In this document: piece by piece, positions 1-54,380 of the stretch
Position numbering within the stretch: the first letter of the stretch is position 1
Layout: each line of letters opens with the position of its first letter
NCBI RefSeq assembly: GCF_009914755.1
Contig: NC_060946.1
Direction: 5' to 3' (one strand)
DNA: 64,000 nucleotides
DNA from: the human T2T-CHM13v2.0 reference genome, Homo sapiens
Notes under the pieces: generated by a model
The model's input: only the letters and a program-made list of their open reading frames with translations
Database searches by the model: none
Told to the model about the DNA's origin: nothing
Translations under genes and position numbers: made by a program

Positions 1-2257
1 TCAGTCCCCTCACCCCCTCACCATGGGCACCTGCAGTCTCATTCAGAGACACCCTCATCTTAGAGTCCCTGATAGTGGGGAGTTTGGCCCCTCAGAGGCC
101 TTGGTTGCTTTGGTCAATCCATAATGCCTGGGCCTGGGACCCCCACCATTTCTTGTTCATCAGGGACACAGCAGCTGTGAAGGCAGCTGCCTTCACCAGA
201 GCAGCGATGTAGCCCAGCAAGGGCAGGGACAGAGACGCAAGGTCTGGGGGATTTTTCCACAATGCTGCAGAAAGAAAGTCCCTGTGGAGCTCAGTCTCAG
301 CCATCCCTGCCCCAGCTGTGAGCTGAACTGAATTTCAGGCATCTCAGAGTCCCTTCACCTTTGCATGACCCATTTCCAGGACATGACAGGTCAAGCCCAT
401 GGGAGAGGGGATCACCCAGGTCTCCCTCATCTCCATGGACCTCCTGGGAACATTGCCAGGGTCCACTCCACCCCTGGACGCTGTCCCCAAGCTTCACCCT
501 CTTTTTATAAGTTGTACATTTTTATTATGAAGATCTTTGAACACAAAAATAGGGAGATGAAAGAATAATAATGTCCCCAAGGTTCCCATCACCGAGTCCC
601 CATAATTTTTGATTTTCAAATAATGTTGACTCACCCACAACAGAGTAAACGATTCCCTCAGACAATAGTCTGAAGCAGATGCGAAAGCCATCACAAACTT
701 AAATGGAGAGAATCAATGATTTCTTGACACGAAAAAACAGTTAACGAGGGTCTCACCAAATGTCTTGTGAATTTCATTGTGTATATTTTTAGTTGACTTC
801 GTGGTGCATTACGTATTTGTGGATTTAACTTTAGTTTCTATGTGGAGTAAATACTTGATGTTATCAGTGGTGAATGTGTTTTTAGACCCATTCTATCTAC
901 AGCTGTCTCCCAAATGGCTGTCAGGCTTTTCCTGGCAAGGCAGGAGTGGCAGGAGCAGAGAGCTGGTCCTGAGACCCTCCCACAGTCAGGATGCAGCCAC
1001 TGCCTCCCTGAGCAGGAACCCAGTGCTTCCTTTAGCTTCTCTTTTCCTGAAAAATTGTTCTAGCATCAAGAGGCTCAGTGGGGTTCAGGCTGGACATTGG
1101 CATAACTGCTTCCTAGGACATGTGGTTACTTCTAGCAAAGCCACCCATGTTCATCATTCTTTTAGTGACATTAGCTGTGTTTGATGATCGATAACTTTGT
1201 GCTTCAGATAAAAAGGAAGACAGAGGGTTGAGGCTTCCATTCACCTCCTCGTGAGAGCTGCAGTGTGTCGCTGAAGGGAGGGCCCAGCAGCTGTGCTATG
1301 AACCTAGGAGTGTGCTTCCTGCTTTGGAAAAAAGGAAGAAAAGTAGTTTCTTCCCTTTTATTCACCACTTTGATAATGGACGATCTGGTGCTCGGCCATA
1401 CTCGAGGGTGAACAGAACAACATAGAGCCAGAGTGAGCTCCAGCATGTGAGGACATCTGACATGTGGGATCCACTGCGGTTATATTGAATTGGTGATCAT
1501 GATGTGGCTACAAAACATAAACATTTGCCCACTGAGCACCTCCTCAGGGGGCACCTCATTTTCTTTCATTGCTCCGGAAGCTTCAGTGGCTCCTGATTTC
1601 GCAGAGGATGAGAGGTCCTGTCTTGTCATGTCCCTTTCCTGCCCCAGGCCTGGGATCCCCCACTGATCCCACTTCCCTTAGGAGGAGGAGGTATTTAAGG
1701 ACCACACCCTGGAGACTCTCTCATGTCCCCCATTTGAATAAGGAAATGGTAGCCATCACCCCACCTGACCTACCCAATGTAAAACCAGATTGAGGGGTCC
1801 AGGGATCAAGGATGGAGCTTCCATTTTGTTGAGGGGGACCAGCCGGGCCTCACTGGCCAGGGCCATCCCAACTGGGTCAAGACCTGGGAAGATGGGGCTG
1901 AAACTCCTGGAGTCAGGGCTAGGTTAATGGGAAGGTTCCCAGGACACTGCACTCTAGGGTAACCAGCTTCTCCCTGGAGGGAGAGGGTACTGTCTGCATC
2001 ACCCCATGGTATCACCAAGCAATCAGTGTTGAGTCAACTCCCCCAGGGAGACCAGGTATCCCTGTCCATGAAAATTCCTCCTAGTGGCATAAATGCCCTC
2101 TGATAAACTCATCCCCATGACTACATGATGGTTGGTGGGAAAACCAAACCCAAGACGCCGATGTCCTCCAGGGATCCTGCTGCTGGTCACAGGATGTCAC
2201 TTGTCCCCTTATCTGTGGGGGTGAGGGTGAGGGGTGTGTGGACTCAATGAGCAGATG

Positions 2258-2271
2258 CCACCAGGGGGAGT
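2258..2271 (+). promoter_or_regulatory. CTCF motif (forward)
   Basis: CCACCAGGGGGAGT vs consensus CCASYAGRKGGCRS. Confidence 0.55.
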
Positions 2272-2332
2272 GGCCAGAGCTTCCTTCCTCACAGCTGCAG
2301 TGGGGGCTGGGGGTAGGGGCATCCCAGGGAGG

Positions 2333-2360
2333 GGTTTTTGTATGAGCCTGTGTCACAATG
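2333..2360 (+). other. Ig lambda J-type recombination signal sequence (12-bp spacer), orphon, J coding segment absent
   Basis: GGTTTTTGT (2333-2341), ATGAGCCTGTGT (12 bp), CACAATG (2354-2360). Spacer and upstream flank match the IGLJ2/IGLJ3 RSS as I recall it, with one heptamer change. Confidence 0.85.
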
Positions 2361-3278
2361 TGGCGCTGGGTCTGCTGGCGGGCCTCCTGATGGTTCTTGC
2401 CTGTGCCCATGGCAGCAGGTGGGACAGAACAATCCTCAGGCTCCCAGGTGCTTGCCTGGAAGTGCAGCGGCGGCGAGTGGGGCAAGTCTTCCCTCAAGCC
2501 CTGGGACAGTATCTGGGTGGGCTGGTTCCCAGACACAATGAAGGTACGTGCAATTTTGTGTCAGCCCTGCTGCTGGGGGTGGGATGTGGGGTTGCTGTCA
2601 GTGGCAGCAGCCACAGGCAGATGGCTCTCAGGCTCATGCACTTGGGTTTCCTTTGTCATGGAGCTGGCCTCCTTGGTGCACTGCATTGCCCATTCCCTGG
2701 GGTGTAGGACTCTTGTGTGGGCTAGAGTGCTGGAGACGCGGTCAAACCGCTGGTCTAGCCGGCATCATGCTGCTGTAGCCCTCTAAGTGGATAAGGGGAG
2801 ATGTCAGGGGGGCTCTAGGGATGTGGAGATGCAGGGCTGTTGGGCCCCAGGGCAAGAGGCAATCCTCATGGGGTCTGGGCTCTCAAAATGGCACGTGCTG
2901 GAGCTTCTTGGATCTAAAGTGTGTGTGTGGTACCCAGCACGACTCCCTCTGGAACAATGCCATTGCGTGGACAAGTACAGGCAGCATCCTATGCTGTCTC
3001 AGGGCCCACAAGAGCTGAGGGGCTCTCCCATGGCCAGGGTTGCAGGAATCTGTGGTGGGAATGTGGACCCCTGGGAATCTCTCACTTACCTTTTCCCCTG
3101 CACTGGGGAGCTCATCTGGTCTTGCTTTTCTCTCCTTCCATATCTCGGATGGTTCTGTCACTTCCCCGCTGAATTCCAGCATTCTCTGTTAGATGCTCTA
3201 TTTGACATGTGATTATCTGTTTTGCTCCTTCTTTGTGGAGGAGACGAATGTTGGGCACCTCTAGTCAGTCACCTTGAA
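2361..3278 (-). mobile_element. Old L1 (L1M/L1MA-type) 5'UTR fragment
   Basis: GC-rich. The right end reads TTCAAGGTGACTGACTAG on the minus strand, like the L1 start CAAGATGGCTGACTAG. Truncated on the left at the RSS. Confidence 0.7.
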
Positions 3279-3289
3279 GCTCTTCTCCA

Positions 3290-3538
3290 AGTGTCATTTT
3301 TTTTTTTGAGTTTTAAAGTTGGCCTGTTGGTCTTTTTATTCCGGATACAACTCCTTTGTCAGACGTGTGCGTACTCTAAGTATTTTCAGTTATTTTGTGG
3401 GTTGTTTGGTCATTTCCTTTAAGGTGACTTTTGTTGGCTAGAAGTTTTCAATTTTGATGTAGTTCAATATATTGCTTTTTTCTCCTATGATTGGTAATTT
3501 TTGTGTCCTCTGTATGAAGACATTGTCTATTCCAAGGA
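3290..3538 (-). mobile_element. Old L1 fragment
   Basis: ggatacaactcctttgtcaga...aagttttcaattttgatgtagttcaa, typical of antisense L1 3' region. Confidence 0.65.
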
Positions 3539-3540
3539 GG

Positions 3541-3546
3541 TTATAT

Positions 3547-3587
<41 letters not shown>

Positions 3588-3918
3588 TATATATATATAC
3601 ACACACTATATATACACACTATATATACACACACTATATATATACACACTATATATGTATGTGTGTATATATATACATATATGTATACATATATATCTAT
3701 ATATGTATACATATATGTATACATATATATCTATACATATATGTATATATCTATATATGTATACATATATATCTATACATATATGTATATATCTATATAT
3801 GTATACATATATATCTATACATATATATGGATATATATCTATATATGTATACATATATATCTATACATATATATGGATATATATATCTATATATGTATAC
3901 ATATATATCTATATATAT
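3541..3918. repeat. Compound (TA)/(CA) microsatellite with higher-order units of about 32 bp
   Basis: Direct inspection. Confidence 0.95.
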
Positions 3919-4534
3919 AGCAGGGAAGCCCAAGTCTGTTTCTTCCTATCCAAATGCAGTTCAACAGTTAGGCTTACTTGTCTCTTTCTCATTTATTTAT
4001 GGGAGCTCTTTTTTTCCTGTTTTGTAATATCTTTTGGACTCCACATTTTCAATTTCATTTGCACTGCCTTTTGATATACAAAATGTGTTTATTATTTTTA
4101 GGTTTCCTGTTTTAAGAATGTTCCTCACCTTAAACCACTTGATAGAAAAATAGGAAAAGGTTATAAATAGGCAACTAATTGAAGTTAAAATAACTGATTA
4201 GTTAGCACTCCTGTGAGATTTTTCACCAAGGGAATTAGCAAGATATATATATTTTTTGAAAAAGCAACAACTTTTGTTGCTACTGAGCCTGCAGGGGAAA
4301 CGGTCCTCCTGCTTGTTCCCTGTTGATGGGAATGTGAATTGCTTCAACTTTTTGGAAAGTAACTAATCAGTATCTATTAAAAGTGTAAGTAAACATAGCT
4401 ATGGCTAAGTTATACCACTACAAAGATTCTGTCCTGTAGAAATGAAACCATCCAGTGTAAAAGATGATTGCTACAACACTATTTGTGGTGGCAAAGAGTA
4501 CTTAACTTGAATGTCCATCTGAAGGGGAATTGTT

Positions 4535-4880
4535 GGCTGGATGCAGTGGCTCATGCCTGTAATCCCAGCGCTTTGGGAGGCTGAGGTGAGTAACTTGAAG
4601 TCAGGAGTTCAAGACCAGCCTGGGCAACATGGCAAGATCCCATCTCTGAAAAAAATAGGGTGTGGTGGCATGTGCCTGTAGTCCCAGATACTTGGAAGGC
4701 AGAGGCAGGAGGATTTCTTTGGCCCAGAAGTTGTTCTTTTAATTTCTGGCCTTACTGAATCACTGGGCCCAGGAATTGCAGGCTGCAGCAAACCATGATA
4801 GTGCCACTGCATTTCAGCTTGGGTGACAGAGCAAGAACTTGTCTTAAAAAAAAAAAAGAAAGAAAGAAAGAAAAGAAAAA
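4535..4880 (+). mobile_element. AluJ with an internal insertion of about 45 bp
   Basis: Alu arms, A/GAAA tail, TSD-like gggaattg. Confidence 0.85.
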
Positions 4881-5049
4881 GCGGGAATTGCTAAGGAAAT
4901 AAAATACATTCAATATTATAAATTAGGCAGAAATTAAAATAAATACATTTGATCTACATTAGTTAGGCTTAGTAATGTCCACAATGCAGTATAAAGAGAA
5001 AAAAGTAAATTGCAATATAATGTAGGATTTCAGTATGTCATTTCAAACA

Positions 5050-6060
5050 AAACAGACAACAAAACCCTGAAAAGACAATTGAAAGTAAGTCACAAAACCC
5101 AGAAGTCATAAGAGAAAAAGAAACAATTTGACTAAATATAAATTAAAGCTTCTGTACAATAAAAGACAACATAAAGTTACAAGGCAAGACATAGACTTTA
5201 AGACAAAATACTTGCTATTCATATGCAAATAATAAATATATAGAATATGTAAAGAATATCTGTAAATGAATTAGAGAATTGGTAAAGGATATCAAGTAAT
5301 TCACAGAAAAAATATGAATAGCTAATAAATACATGCAAATATATACAATCTCACTAGTAAGTGGAGAAATACCAATTTAAAAAATGAAACTATTTTTCAA
5401 TCATCAAATTGACAAAAATTCACTATGATTGGTAATATACCCTGTAGTCAAGCATGTGAGTAAATAAAAACTCTCATATACTGATGAGAATATAAATTGG
5501 CAAATCCTTTTTGAAACATAATTTTTAATCAAAATATTAATGCTTGTACACTTTGCTCCAGTATTCCATTTCTAGGAAAATAAAGAAAATAAAACTAGCA
5601 AATATGTCAAAAGATGAATATACAGGTATGTCTATTTGAGTATTGTAGATAATAGCAAATAATTGAAACCAACATGAATGCTCCTTAGTAGAAAAGTGGC
5701 CAAATTATAGTGAACTATCCTATGGAACAATAGTGCAGCTATAAGAAGAATGAGGGAGATCTATTTGTACAGATAGGCAAAGATCTCCAAGATATATTTT
5801 ATGTGTAAAAGCCAGTCACAAAATAACACATAAAGGAAGATTGCATTTTGTAAATGTATGTGTATGTTTACATATGTATATAAATTAATAGAAAAATTAC
5901 TTACTAGAACATATGCTTTAACTTGTCAACACTTCTTTGGGAAGTTAGTGACAGTAGATGAGAGGATTAGGTTGTCAGTGAAGAGTATTATATTTAATTC
6001 TACAGACCCAAGGGCATTGTTTGAATTTTTATAACAATATGATGGATATGTTTCTTTAAT
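5050..6060 (+). mobile_element. Old L1 (L1ME-like) 3' region
   Basis: A-rich, L1 3' motifs. Confidence 0.6.
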
Positions 6061-6106
6061 TTTTATTATTTTTACCCAGGAAGAGACAGTCTCCAGCATG
6101 TGCTGA

Positions 6107-6416
<310 letters not shown>

Positions 6417-7020
6417 CTCTTCCATGTTTCTTACGTAATTTATTAAAACATATTTTAGTTTGTTGACTTGCTTACAAAAAGGTGTGTCTTAAACCTCTCT
6501 ACAATTCTACATAGAGATAATTGTCATTCACTGTGTTAAAACAGAAATAAAGACAGAGAAATACGTATATTCAAGGATGCCAATAAATGTTAATATCTAA
6601 AATTGGATTGTGATAATTGTTGCAAAACTCTGTGAATATATTAAAATACACTGAATTATATGCTTTAAATAGATACATTTTATAGTATGTGAATTATATT
6701 TTAATGAAGCAGTTAAAAATCAATGGTTTGATGTTTTAGTATTCAGTGACAAATGGCTTTAAGATGTAAGCAATAATTTCCAGTATATTTAAAAGATATT
6801 TACAATGGATATTTCTAGTTCACCCCCCTGTCAACTATTAGAAAACATTTTTATATTTTAAATCCTTGAAATAACTGAGTGAAGGTCGCTTCACAGGAGA
6901 AGTCACTGTGGTGTAGATGAGAAGGTTACTAGGTGAGGCAGAGTTGGAAGAGGCATTCTTTTCAAATGGAAATCTCTGGAAACTTCAGAAAGCAAGTATG
7001 AGGTAGGGAAATTTGCCTGG

Positions 7021-7405
7021 TGTATTAGTCTGTTCTCACACTGCTAATAAAGACATACCCAAGACTGGGTGATTTATAAAGGAAAGAGGTTTAATGGACC
7101 CGCAGTTCAGCATGGCTGAGGAGGCCTCAGGAAACTTACAAGCATGGTGGAAGGGGAAGTAAACACGTCCTTCTTCACAAGGCGGCGAGAGAAAGAAGTG
7201 CAAAGCGAAGTAGGGGGAAGCCCCTTATAAAACCATCAGAAACCATCAGATCTCATGAGAACTCACGATCACAACAGCAGCAGCACGGGGATAACCGCCC
7301 TCACAATTCAATTACCTCCCACCAGGTCCTTCCCACAACGCGTGGAGATTATGGGAACTACAATCCATGATGAGAGTTGGGTGGGGATACAGCCAAACCA
7401 TATCA
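7021..7405 (-). mobile_element. THE1 (MaLR) solo LTR
   Basis: tgtattagtctgttctcac...ccaaaccatatca, 5-bp TSD cctgg. Confidence 0.92.
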
Positions 7406-7410
7406 CCTGG

Positions 7411-8017
7411 TCATTTTCTTTTTAAGGCTTCACATATAAGTGAGATCCTATAGCATTTGTCTTTCTGTGTCTGGCTTATTTCACTTAGCATAATGTTCTG
7501 CAGGTTCATCCACATTGTTGCAAGTGGCAGGATTTCCTTCATTTTTAGTTCTGAATCGTATTCCATTATGTATATATACAACATTCTCATCATTCATCCA
7601 TCACAGCACACTTAAATTGTTTCTGTATCTTAGCTCTTGTGAACAGTGCTGCAATGAAAAGTTGAACTCATAGAAGCAGAGAGTAGATGATGGTTGCCTG
7701 GGGCGAAGGGGTAGGTAACTGGGGAGGTATTAGTCAGAGTACAAACATTCATAAGATGAATATATTCTGAGGGTGCAAAGGATAGCATGGTGACTGTAGC
7801 TAATGATACTGTATTGTGTGCTTGCAATTTACTAAGAGTCTATCAGTTGTTCTCACCACACACACAGAAAAGGTAAACATGTGAGGTGACAGATGTGTTA
7901 GTTAACTTGATTGTGGTTACTGTTTCAGAATGTATACATATATCAAATCATCACGTTGTACATCCTAAATATAAACCATTTTCATTTGTTTACTATACCT
8001 CAATAAAGCTGGAAAAA
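7411..8017 (+). mobile_element. L1MA/MB 3' end with inverted 5' segment (7411-7657 minus, 7658-8017 plus)
   Basis: Two consensus-adjacent pieces in opposite orientation; ends caataaagctggaaaaa. Confidence 0.75.
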
Positions 8018-8210
8018 TAGAATTTAGACCTGTGTGTCTTGTTTGCACACGTAGAGGTCACTTCACAGTTTTATAAATTATCAACTCTTAGTGACACAAA
8101 GGAGCAACAAAAGCAAAATATCAAGTCTGTAGTCATCTCATTAGATAAAATTACCAACTGCTCATTTTTTTTTTTTTTTTTTGCCACACAACATACTATA
8201 ACATGAAAAT

Positions 8211-8565
<355 letters not shown>

Positions 8566-8596
8566 TTATTCATTATTCTAATGGCTCAGATAGAGT

Positions 8597-45417
<36,821 letters not shown>

Positions 45418-45457
45418 GGCTGCAGGCAGTGCTATACCCATTCCACGCATGAGCCAT

Positions 45458-45506
45458 CTTTATATAAGTTCTGGGTTAATGATCAGCCTCAGGCAGGTGG
45501 GGCGAG
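45458..45506 (-). promoter_or_regulatory. SLC5A4 core promoter: TATA box, HNF1 site, GC-box-like element
   Basis: TATATAAAG at 45466-45458 (minus), GTTAATGATCAGC at 45475-45487 (HNF1 consensus GTTAATNATTAAC), GGGGCGAG at 45499-45506. Confidence 0.8.
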
Positions 45507-46123
45507 ATATCAGAGCCAGCTCCTGGATATGGAGACCTTTAAACCTCTTCTCCAAAGCTGTGGCACCCCAGCCCTCCACCAGTGAGTGCTAGCCTAGGTA
45601 GAGTGTGAGAATGAGGGATGCAGGGCCAGAAATGAGGGGAGAATTTGAGGTGGAGCATGGGGCGTTCTCTGAGTGCAAAGACAGGGTCTTTAAAGAGATT
45701 TGCCCAGGTGGAGGGGGGATTTGAGAGAAATGAAGACAGACAAGGAGGGGAGAAGGACAGACTAGAAGGTACCAGAAACCAGCCAGGAGGGACCGAATGC
45801 AATGGTCCTTCAGAGAACAGATACAGTTTCTGACCAATGAGCTATATCCCTTGACAGTGAAGTGAATTATGCCTTTCGTGGATTCCAAAGTCCCACATTT
45901 CTCTGAAGTGGGTTTCATGTGCCACAAAAAGACATTGGTGGCCTGTATAGGAAAGGAAGTGGCTCTTCAAGCACCATATGTGGTGAGTTGAGGGCAGAGC
46001 TGTGGAGAGCGCTGGGTCAGAGGGTTGTACAAAGAGTGAATCAACCTGGAAGCATGTGATGGGGATCATGAGGACTCAGGAAACAAGACTCCTGGACTAC
46101 AGCCAAGAAGAAGTTAGAAGTAA

Positions 46124-46440
46124 AGCCTATGCGGTGGCTGACACCTGTAATCCCAGCACTTTGGGAGGCCAAGGAGAGAGCATCACTTGAGGCCAGGAGT
46201 TCAAGACCAGCTTGGGCAACATAGGGAGTCTTTGTCTCTATAAAAATTAGCTGAGTGTGGTGATGCACACGTATGGTCCCAGCTACTTGGGAGGCTGAAG
46301 AGGGAGGATCACCTGTGACTGGGAGGTCAAAGCTATAGTGAGCCATGATCATGCCGCTGCACTCTAGCCTGGGCAACTGAGCAAGATCCTGTCTCAAAAA
46401 CAAACAAAAAAAACAACAACAAAAAAACAAAACCAAAAAC
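46124..46440 (+). mobile_element. AluJ
   Basis: Diverged Alu with CAAA tail. Confidence 0.85.
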
Positions 46441-46484
46441 ACACATGAAAAAACGGAAAGCCCAGAAATTCTTCTTTTATACTT

Positions 46485-49920
<3,436 letters not shown>

Positions 49921-50712
49921 AATTTTTTTGAGAATACACACCAAGTTTTATTGGGAGAAGGGAGTATTCACAGGAGTAGGTAAAAGAAAGGGAAGTCACA
50001 CAGGGTGGAGCGGTGGGATGATTGTGGGTACAAGGCAGACAGGGGAACACAGGGCGATGCCTGCCCCGACCCCAACCCCAGGAAGGGCAGGGGAGCAGCG
50101 AAGGCCCAGGAAGATTGAGGCTAGTGAAAGAAAGCAACAGGGTCCCTGGGCTGGGGGACTCAGGGGCTTGTAAACATTGACCACTCTCAGAAGGGGATGA
50201 GGGTGGGAGAGGGGTCCCCCTATACTTCCTCACAGGGTTAAGGCCTCTCCAGGTCCCTGGGCCCCCTAATTCCAAAGCTTCTTAGCTGGAGGTAAAGAGC
50301 AGAAAGAGACAGGAAGGGTGCCCCACTTCCTCTACATTGGCTGCAGCAGAGGTGGGGGTGCTTACATTCAGTCACAACAGGAATCTCCCCCACACCTGCC
50401 TAGGGGAAAGGAGGAGCTGGGGGCAGCAGCAGCAGTCACTCCCCCCAGCCGTCACCTCTTATCACTTTAGAGAAAAGATTGTATTTTCATGGACAAATGC
50501 TAACACTGTTGAAACCAGGGAGAAACGGTGGAGGAGTGCTTCCACCCAAGGCCAGCTGTATTCCCCCAACACCAACCCAGCTGCCATTTTGGTGACAAAA
50601 AAAAAAAACAAAACCAAAAACAAAAACAAAAACCCACAAATCATCTTTCTAGGATAGACAGGGAAAGAAACAAGCCACTCTCCATATCCCCAGGGCAGGA
50701 GGGAGAAATCTA

Positions 50713-51280
<568 letters not shown>

Positions 51281-51782
51281 TCAGTGGAGGGGTCAGCTGC
51301 AGAGCTGGGTGGTCCACACCCCAAGAGCTGGCTGCAGTTCAGGTCCTGGGTCAGAGCTCCCTCTGCCATTGCAACCTTAAGCTGCCCACTCCTTACCCTT
51401 TGAAAGTCTATCCTCCTGCCCCCTTCACAGGCCCCTACTCAGTCCACTTAGCTTTCTCTCTGCAGCCCCTAGAGCAATTGTCCACCTTCGTTGTTCCCAG
51501 GAGTGAGGCAGGAGCGAGGTGGGGGCTTGTGGCCCAAAGAACACATTCACATGGCAAGACAGAGAGCTGGAGCTTTCAGGCTCACACCCAGGGTGCCCCC
51601 TTCAATGGCACTGGTTGGGGAAGCCCCTTACCAGGGGCAGGGTCAGAGTCCTGCCACCCCGAACTTCCAGACAGATAAGGTTGGCATACCCTGGCCAGCA
51701 CAGGATGATCGCCCAGGGAGCTGGGCCACTAGTCCAATTTGTGCAACTCTCCCCCAAAGCAGCAAAGCCAAGGGGCAACTTT

Positions 51783-52392
51783 GTGTTTGTTTGTTTTTTA
51801 ATGTACAATTAATATTGACTGTAGTCACCCTGTTGTGCTATCAAATAGTATGTTTTATTCATTCTGTTTTTTTGTACCCATTAACCATCCTCACCTCCCT
51901 CCCAGCTCCACAATACCCTCCCCAGCCTCTCATAACCATCCTTCTGTTTCCTATGTCCATGAGTTCAACTGTTTTGATTTTTAGATCCCACAAATAAGTG
52001 AGAACATGTGATGTTTGTCTTTCTGTGACTAGCTTATTTCACTTGACATAATAATCTTCATTTCCATCCATGTTGTTGCAAATGACATGATCTCCTTTTT
52101 TATGCCTGAATAGTATTCCATTGTGCATATACATCACATTTGCTTTATCCATTCATTCGTTGATGGACACTTAGGTTGCTTCCACATCTTGGCTATTGTG
52201 ACTAGTGCTGCAATAAATACGAGAGTGCAAATATCTCTTCAATATAGTGATTTTCTTTCTTTTGGATATATGCCCAACAGTGGGATTGCTGGATCACATG
52301 GTGGCCCCAATTGTAGTTTTTTGAGGAGTCTTCACACTGTTCTCCATAGTGGTTGTACTAATTTACATTCCCATCAATAGTGTGTGAGGGCT
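51783..52392 (-). mobile_element. L1MA 3' end nested in the retrocopy
   Basis: ttgactgtagtcaccctgttgtgctatcaaata...ttacattcccatcaatagtgt. Confidence 0.85.
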
Positions 52393-52848
52393 CCAAGGGA
52401 CTACTTTGGCCCCACCCCAGACACCTCTGCCAGTCACAGCCACAGCCACAGCCACAGGTTGTTGCTCACAGCAGGTCTGATGGAAGGGGCTCGGAGGGGC
52501 CTCACTGTGCAAACTGATGGCTAGCAGCTTCTAGTTACCCTGATGGCCCACCTTCTAGGGGCAGGTGGGTAAATGCAGCCTCAGGGGCCAGGCAGGACAG
52601 GTCCATGTGGCCTGTGTCCCTGCTGAAGGGCTCTTCTTTATCGACAAGTTTTTGATTATTGATTCAGTCTTCTTACCAGTTCCAGGTCTGTTGTTTCCTT
52701 CCTCTTGACTCACAGTTGGTAGACTGCATGTTTCTTTTTTTTGTTTAGACTCTAAGTTCTGGGATACATGTACAGAACATCCAAGTGCAAAAAAGAAAAG
52801 AAAGTTCAAATTCCTACAGTCAGAAATAAAAGTGCGTACATCACTACA

Positions 52849-53386
52849 TTTTTATTTTTATTTTTATTTTTTTTTGAGACAGAGTCTCACTCTGTTGCCC
52901 AGGCTGGAGTGCAGTGGCGTGATCTCGGCTCACTGCAAGCTCTGACTCCCAGGTTCATGCCATTCTCCTGCCTCAGCCTCGCGAGTAGCTGGGACTACAG
53001 GTGGCCACCACCTCTCCCAGCTAATTTTTGTATTTTTAGTAGAGATGGGGTTTCACTGTGTTAGCCAGGATGGTCTCGATCTCCTGACTTTGTGATCCAC
53101 CCGCCTCGACCTCCCAAAGTGCTGGGATTACAGGCATGAGCCACCGTGCCCGGCCCTACATTTTTTTTTTGACAAGATACCACTGTCAACCAGGCTGGAG
53201 TGCATTCACTGCCTGCTGAGTAGCTACAAGCATACACCACCATGCCTGGCTAGTTTTTGTCTGTTTGTTGTTTTTGTTAGAGACAGGGTTTCACCATGTT
53301 GCGCAGGCTGGTCTCAAACACTGGGTTCAAGTGATTCAGCCTCCCAAAGTGCTGCGATTACAGGCATGAGCCACTGAGCCTTGCCT
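52849..53386 (-). mobile_element. AluY plus an adjacent internally deleted Alu
   Basis: Alu sequence. Confidence 0.85.
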
Positions 53387-53504
53387 CAATACTGGTTTTA
53401 TAAAAATTAAAAAGATTTTAAGAGAATACTATAAACATTTGTATGCCAACAAGTTGGTTAGCCCAGATAAAATGAAACAATTCCTTAGAAACATGCAGTC
53501 TACC

Positions 53505-54297
53505 CATTTATGCGGCCAAGAAACATATGAAAAAAAGCTCATCATCACTGGTCATTAGAGAAATGCAAACCAAAACCACAATGAGATACCATTTCACGCC
53601 AGTTAGAATGGCGATCATTAAAAAGTCAGGAAACAACAGATGCTGGGGAGGATGTGGAGAAATAGGAACACTTTTATACTGTTGGTGGGAGTGTAAATAA
53701 GTTCAGTCATTGTGGAAGACAGTGTGGCGAATCCTCAAGGATCTAGAACCAGAAATACTATTTGACCCAGCAATCCCATTACTGGGTATATACCTAAAGG
53801 ATTATAAATCATTCTACTATAAAGACACATGCACACGTATTTTTATTGCGGTACTATTCACAATAGCAAAGACTTGGAACCAACCCAAATGCCCATCAAT
53901 GGTAGACTGGATAAAGAAAATGTGGCACATACACACCATGGAATACTATGCAGTCATAAAAAAGGATGAGTTCATGTCCTTTGCAGGGACATGGATTAAG
54001 CTGGGAACCATCATTCTCAGTAAACTAACACAAGAACAGAAAACCAAACACTGCATGTTCTCGCTCATAAGGGGAGTTGAACAATAACACATGAACATAG
54101 AACATCATACACCGGGGCCTGTCATGGGGTTGGGGGCTGGGAGAGGGAGAGCATTAGGAGAAATACCCAATGTAGATGATGGATTGATGGGTGCAGCAAA
54201 CCACCATGGCACGCGTATACGTATGTAACAAACCTGCATGTTCTGCATATGTACCCCAGAACTTAAAGTATAATAAAAAAAAAATTAAAAAAAAAAG
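53505..54297 (+). mobile_element. L1PA 3' end (ORF2 C-terminus, 3'UTR, poly-A)
   Basis: ORF 53710-54087 matches the L1 ORF2 C-terminus ([10 protein letters not shown]...WIKKMWHI). Confidence 0.92.
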
Positions 54298-54380
54298 AAA
54301 TTGTCGTGAGACCACTTAAAACTGGACGATGACCTTTCTTTTTTTATATTAGAGAATATAATAGAACTAAGAAATCTCAA

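Larger units (their letters stand above)
2100..2362 (+). pseudogene. IGL J-C cluster-derived orphon fragment (left boundary unknown, may extend past window start)
   Basis: cagatgccaccagg...cacagctgcagtgggggctgggg...gggcatcccagggagggtttttgt resembles the sequence 5' of IGLJ2/3 (from memory). Confidence 0.65.

Noticed and set aside
2361-2399. Possible degenerate J coding segment after the RSS (CTGATGGTTCTTG resembles CTGACCGTCCTAG)
   Set aside because: No FGxG codons and no GT donor, and the sequence is continuous with the L1 5'UTR. Probably chance, though an alignment should confirm it.
2081-3212. Overlapping 130-157 aa ORFs
   Set aside because: They arise from the GC-rich L1 5'UTR and orphon DNA and show no recognisable domain.
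3472-4074. 200-aa Y/I/H-rich ORFs
   Set aside because: Translation of a TA/CA microsatellite.
45418-45450. In-frame upstream ATGs ([11 protein letters not shown]) extending SLC5A4
   Set aside because: They lie only 16 and 25 nt from the start of the TATA box, so at or upstream of the expected TSS (about 45436). The ATG at 45417 has a strong Kozak context.
53710-54087. 125-aa ORF
   Set aside because: C-terminus of L1 ORF2 in a truncated L1PA.
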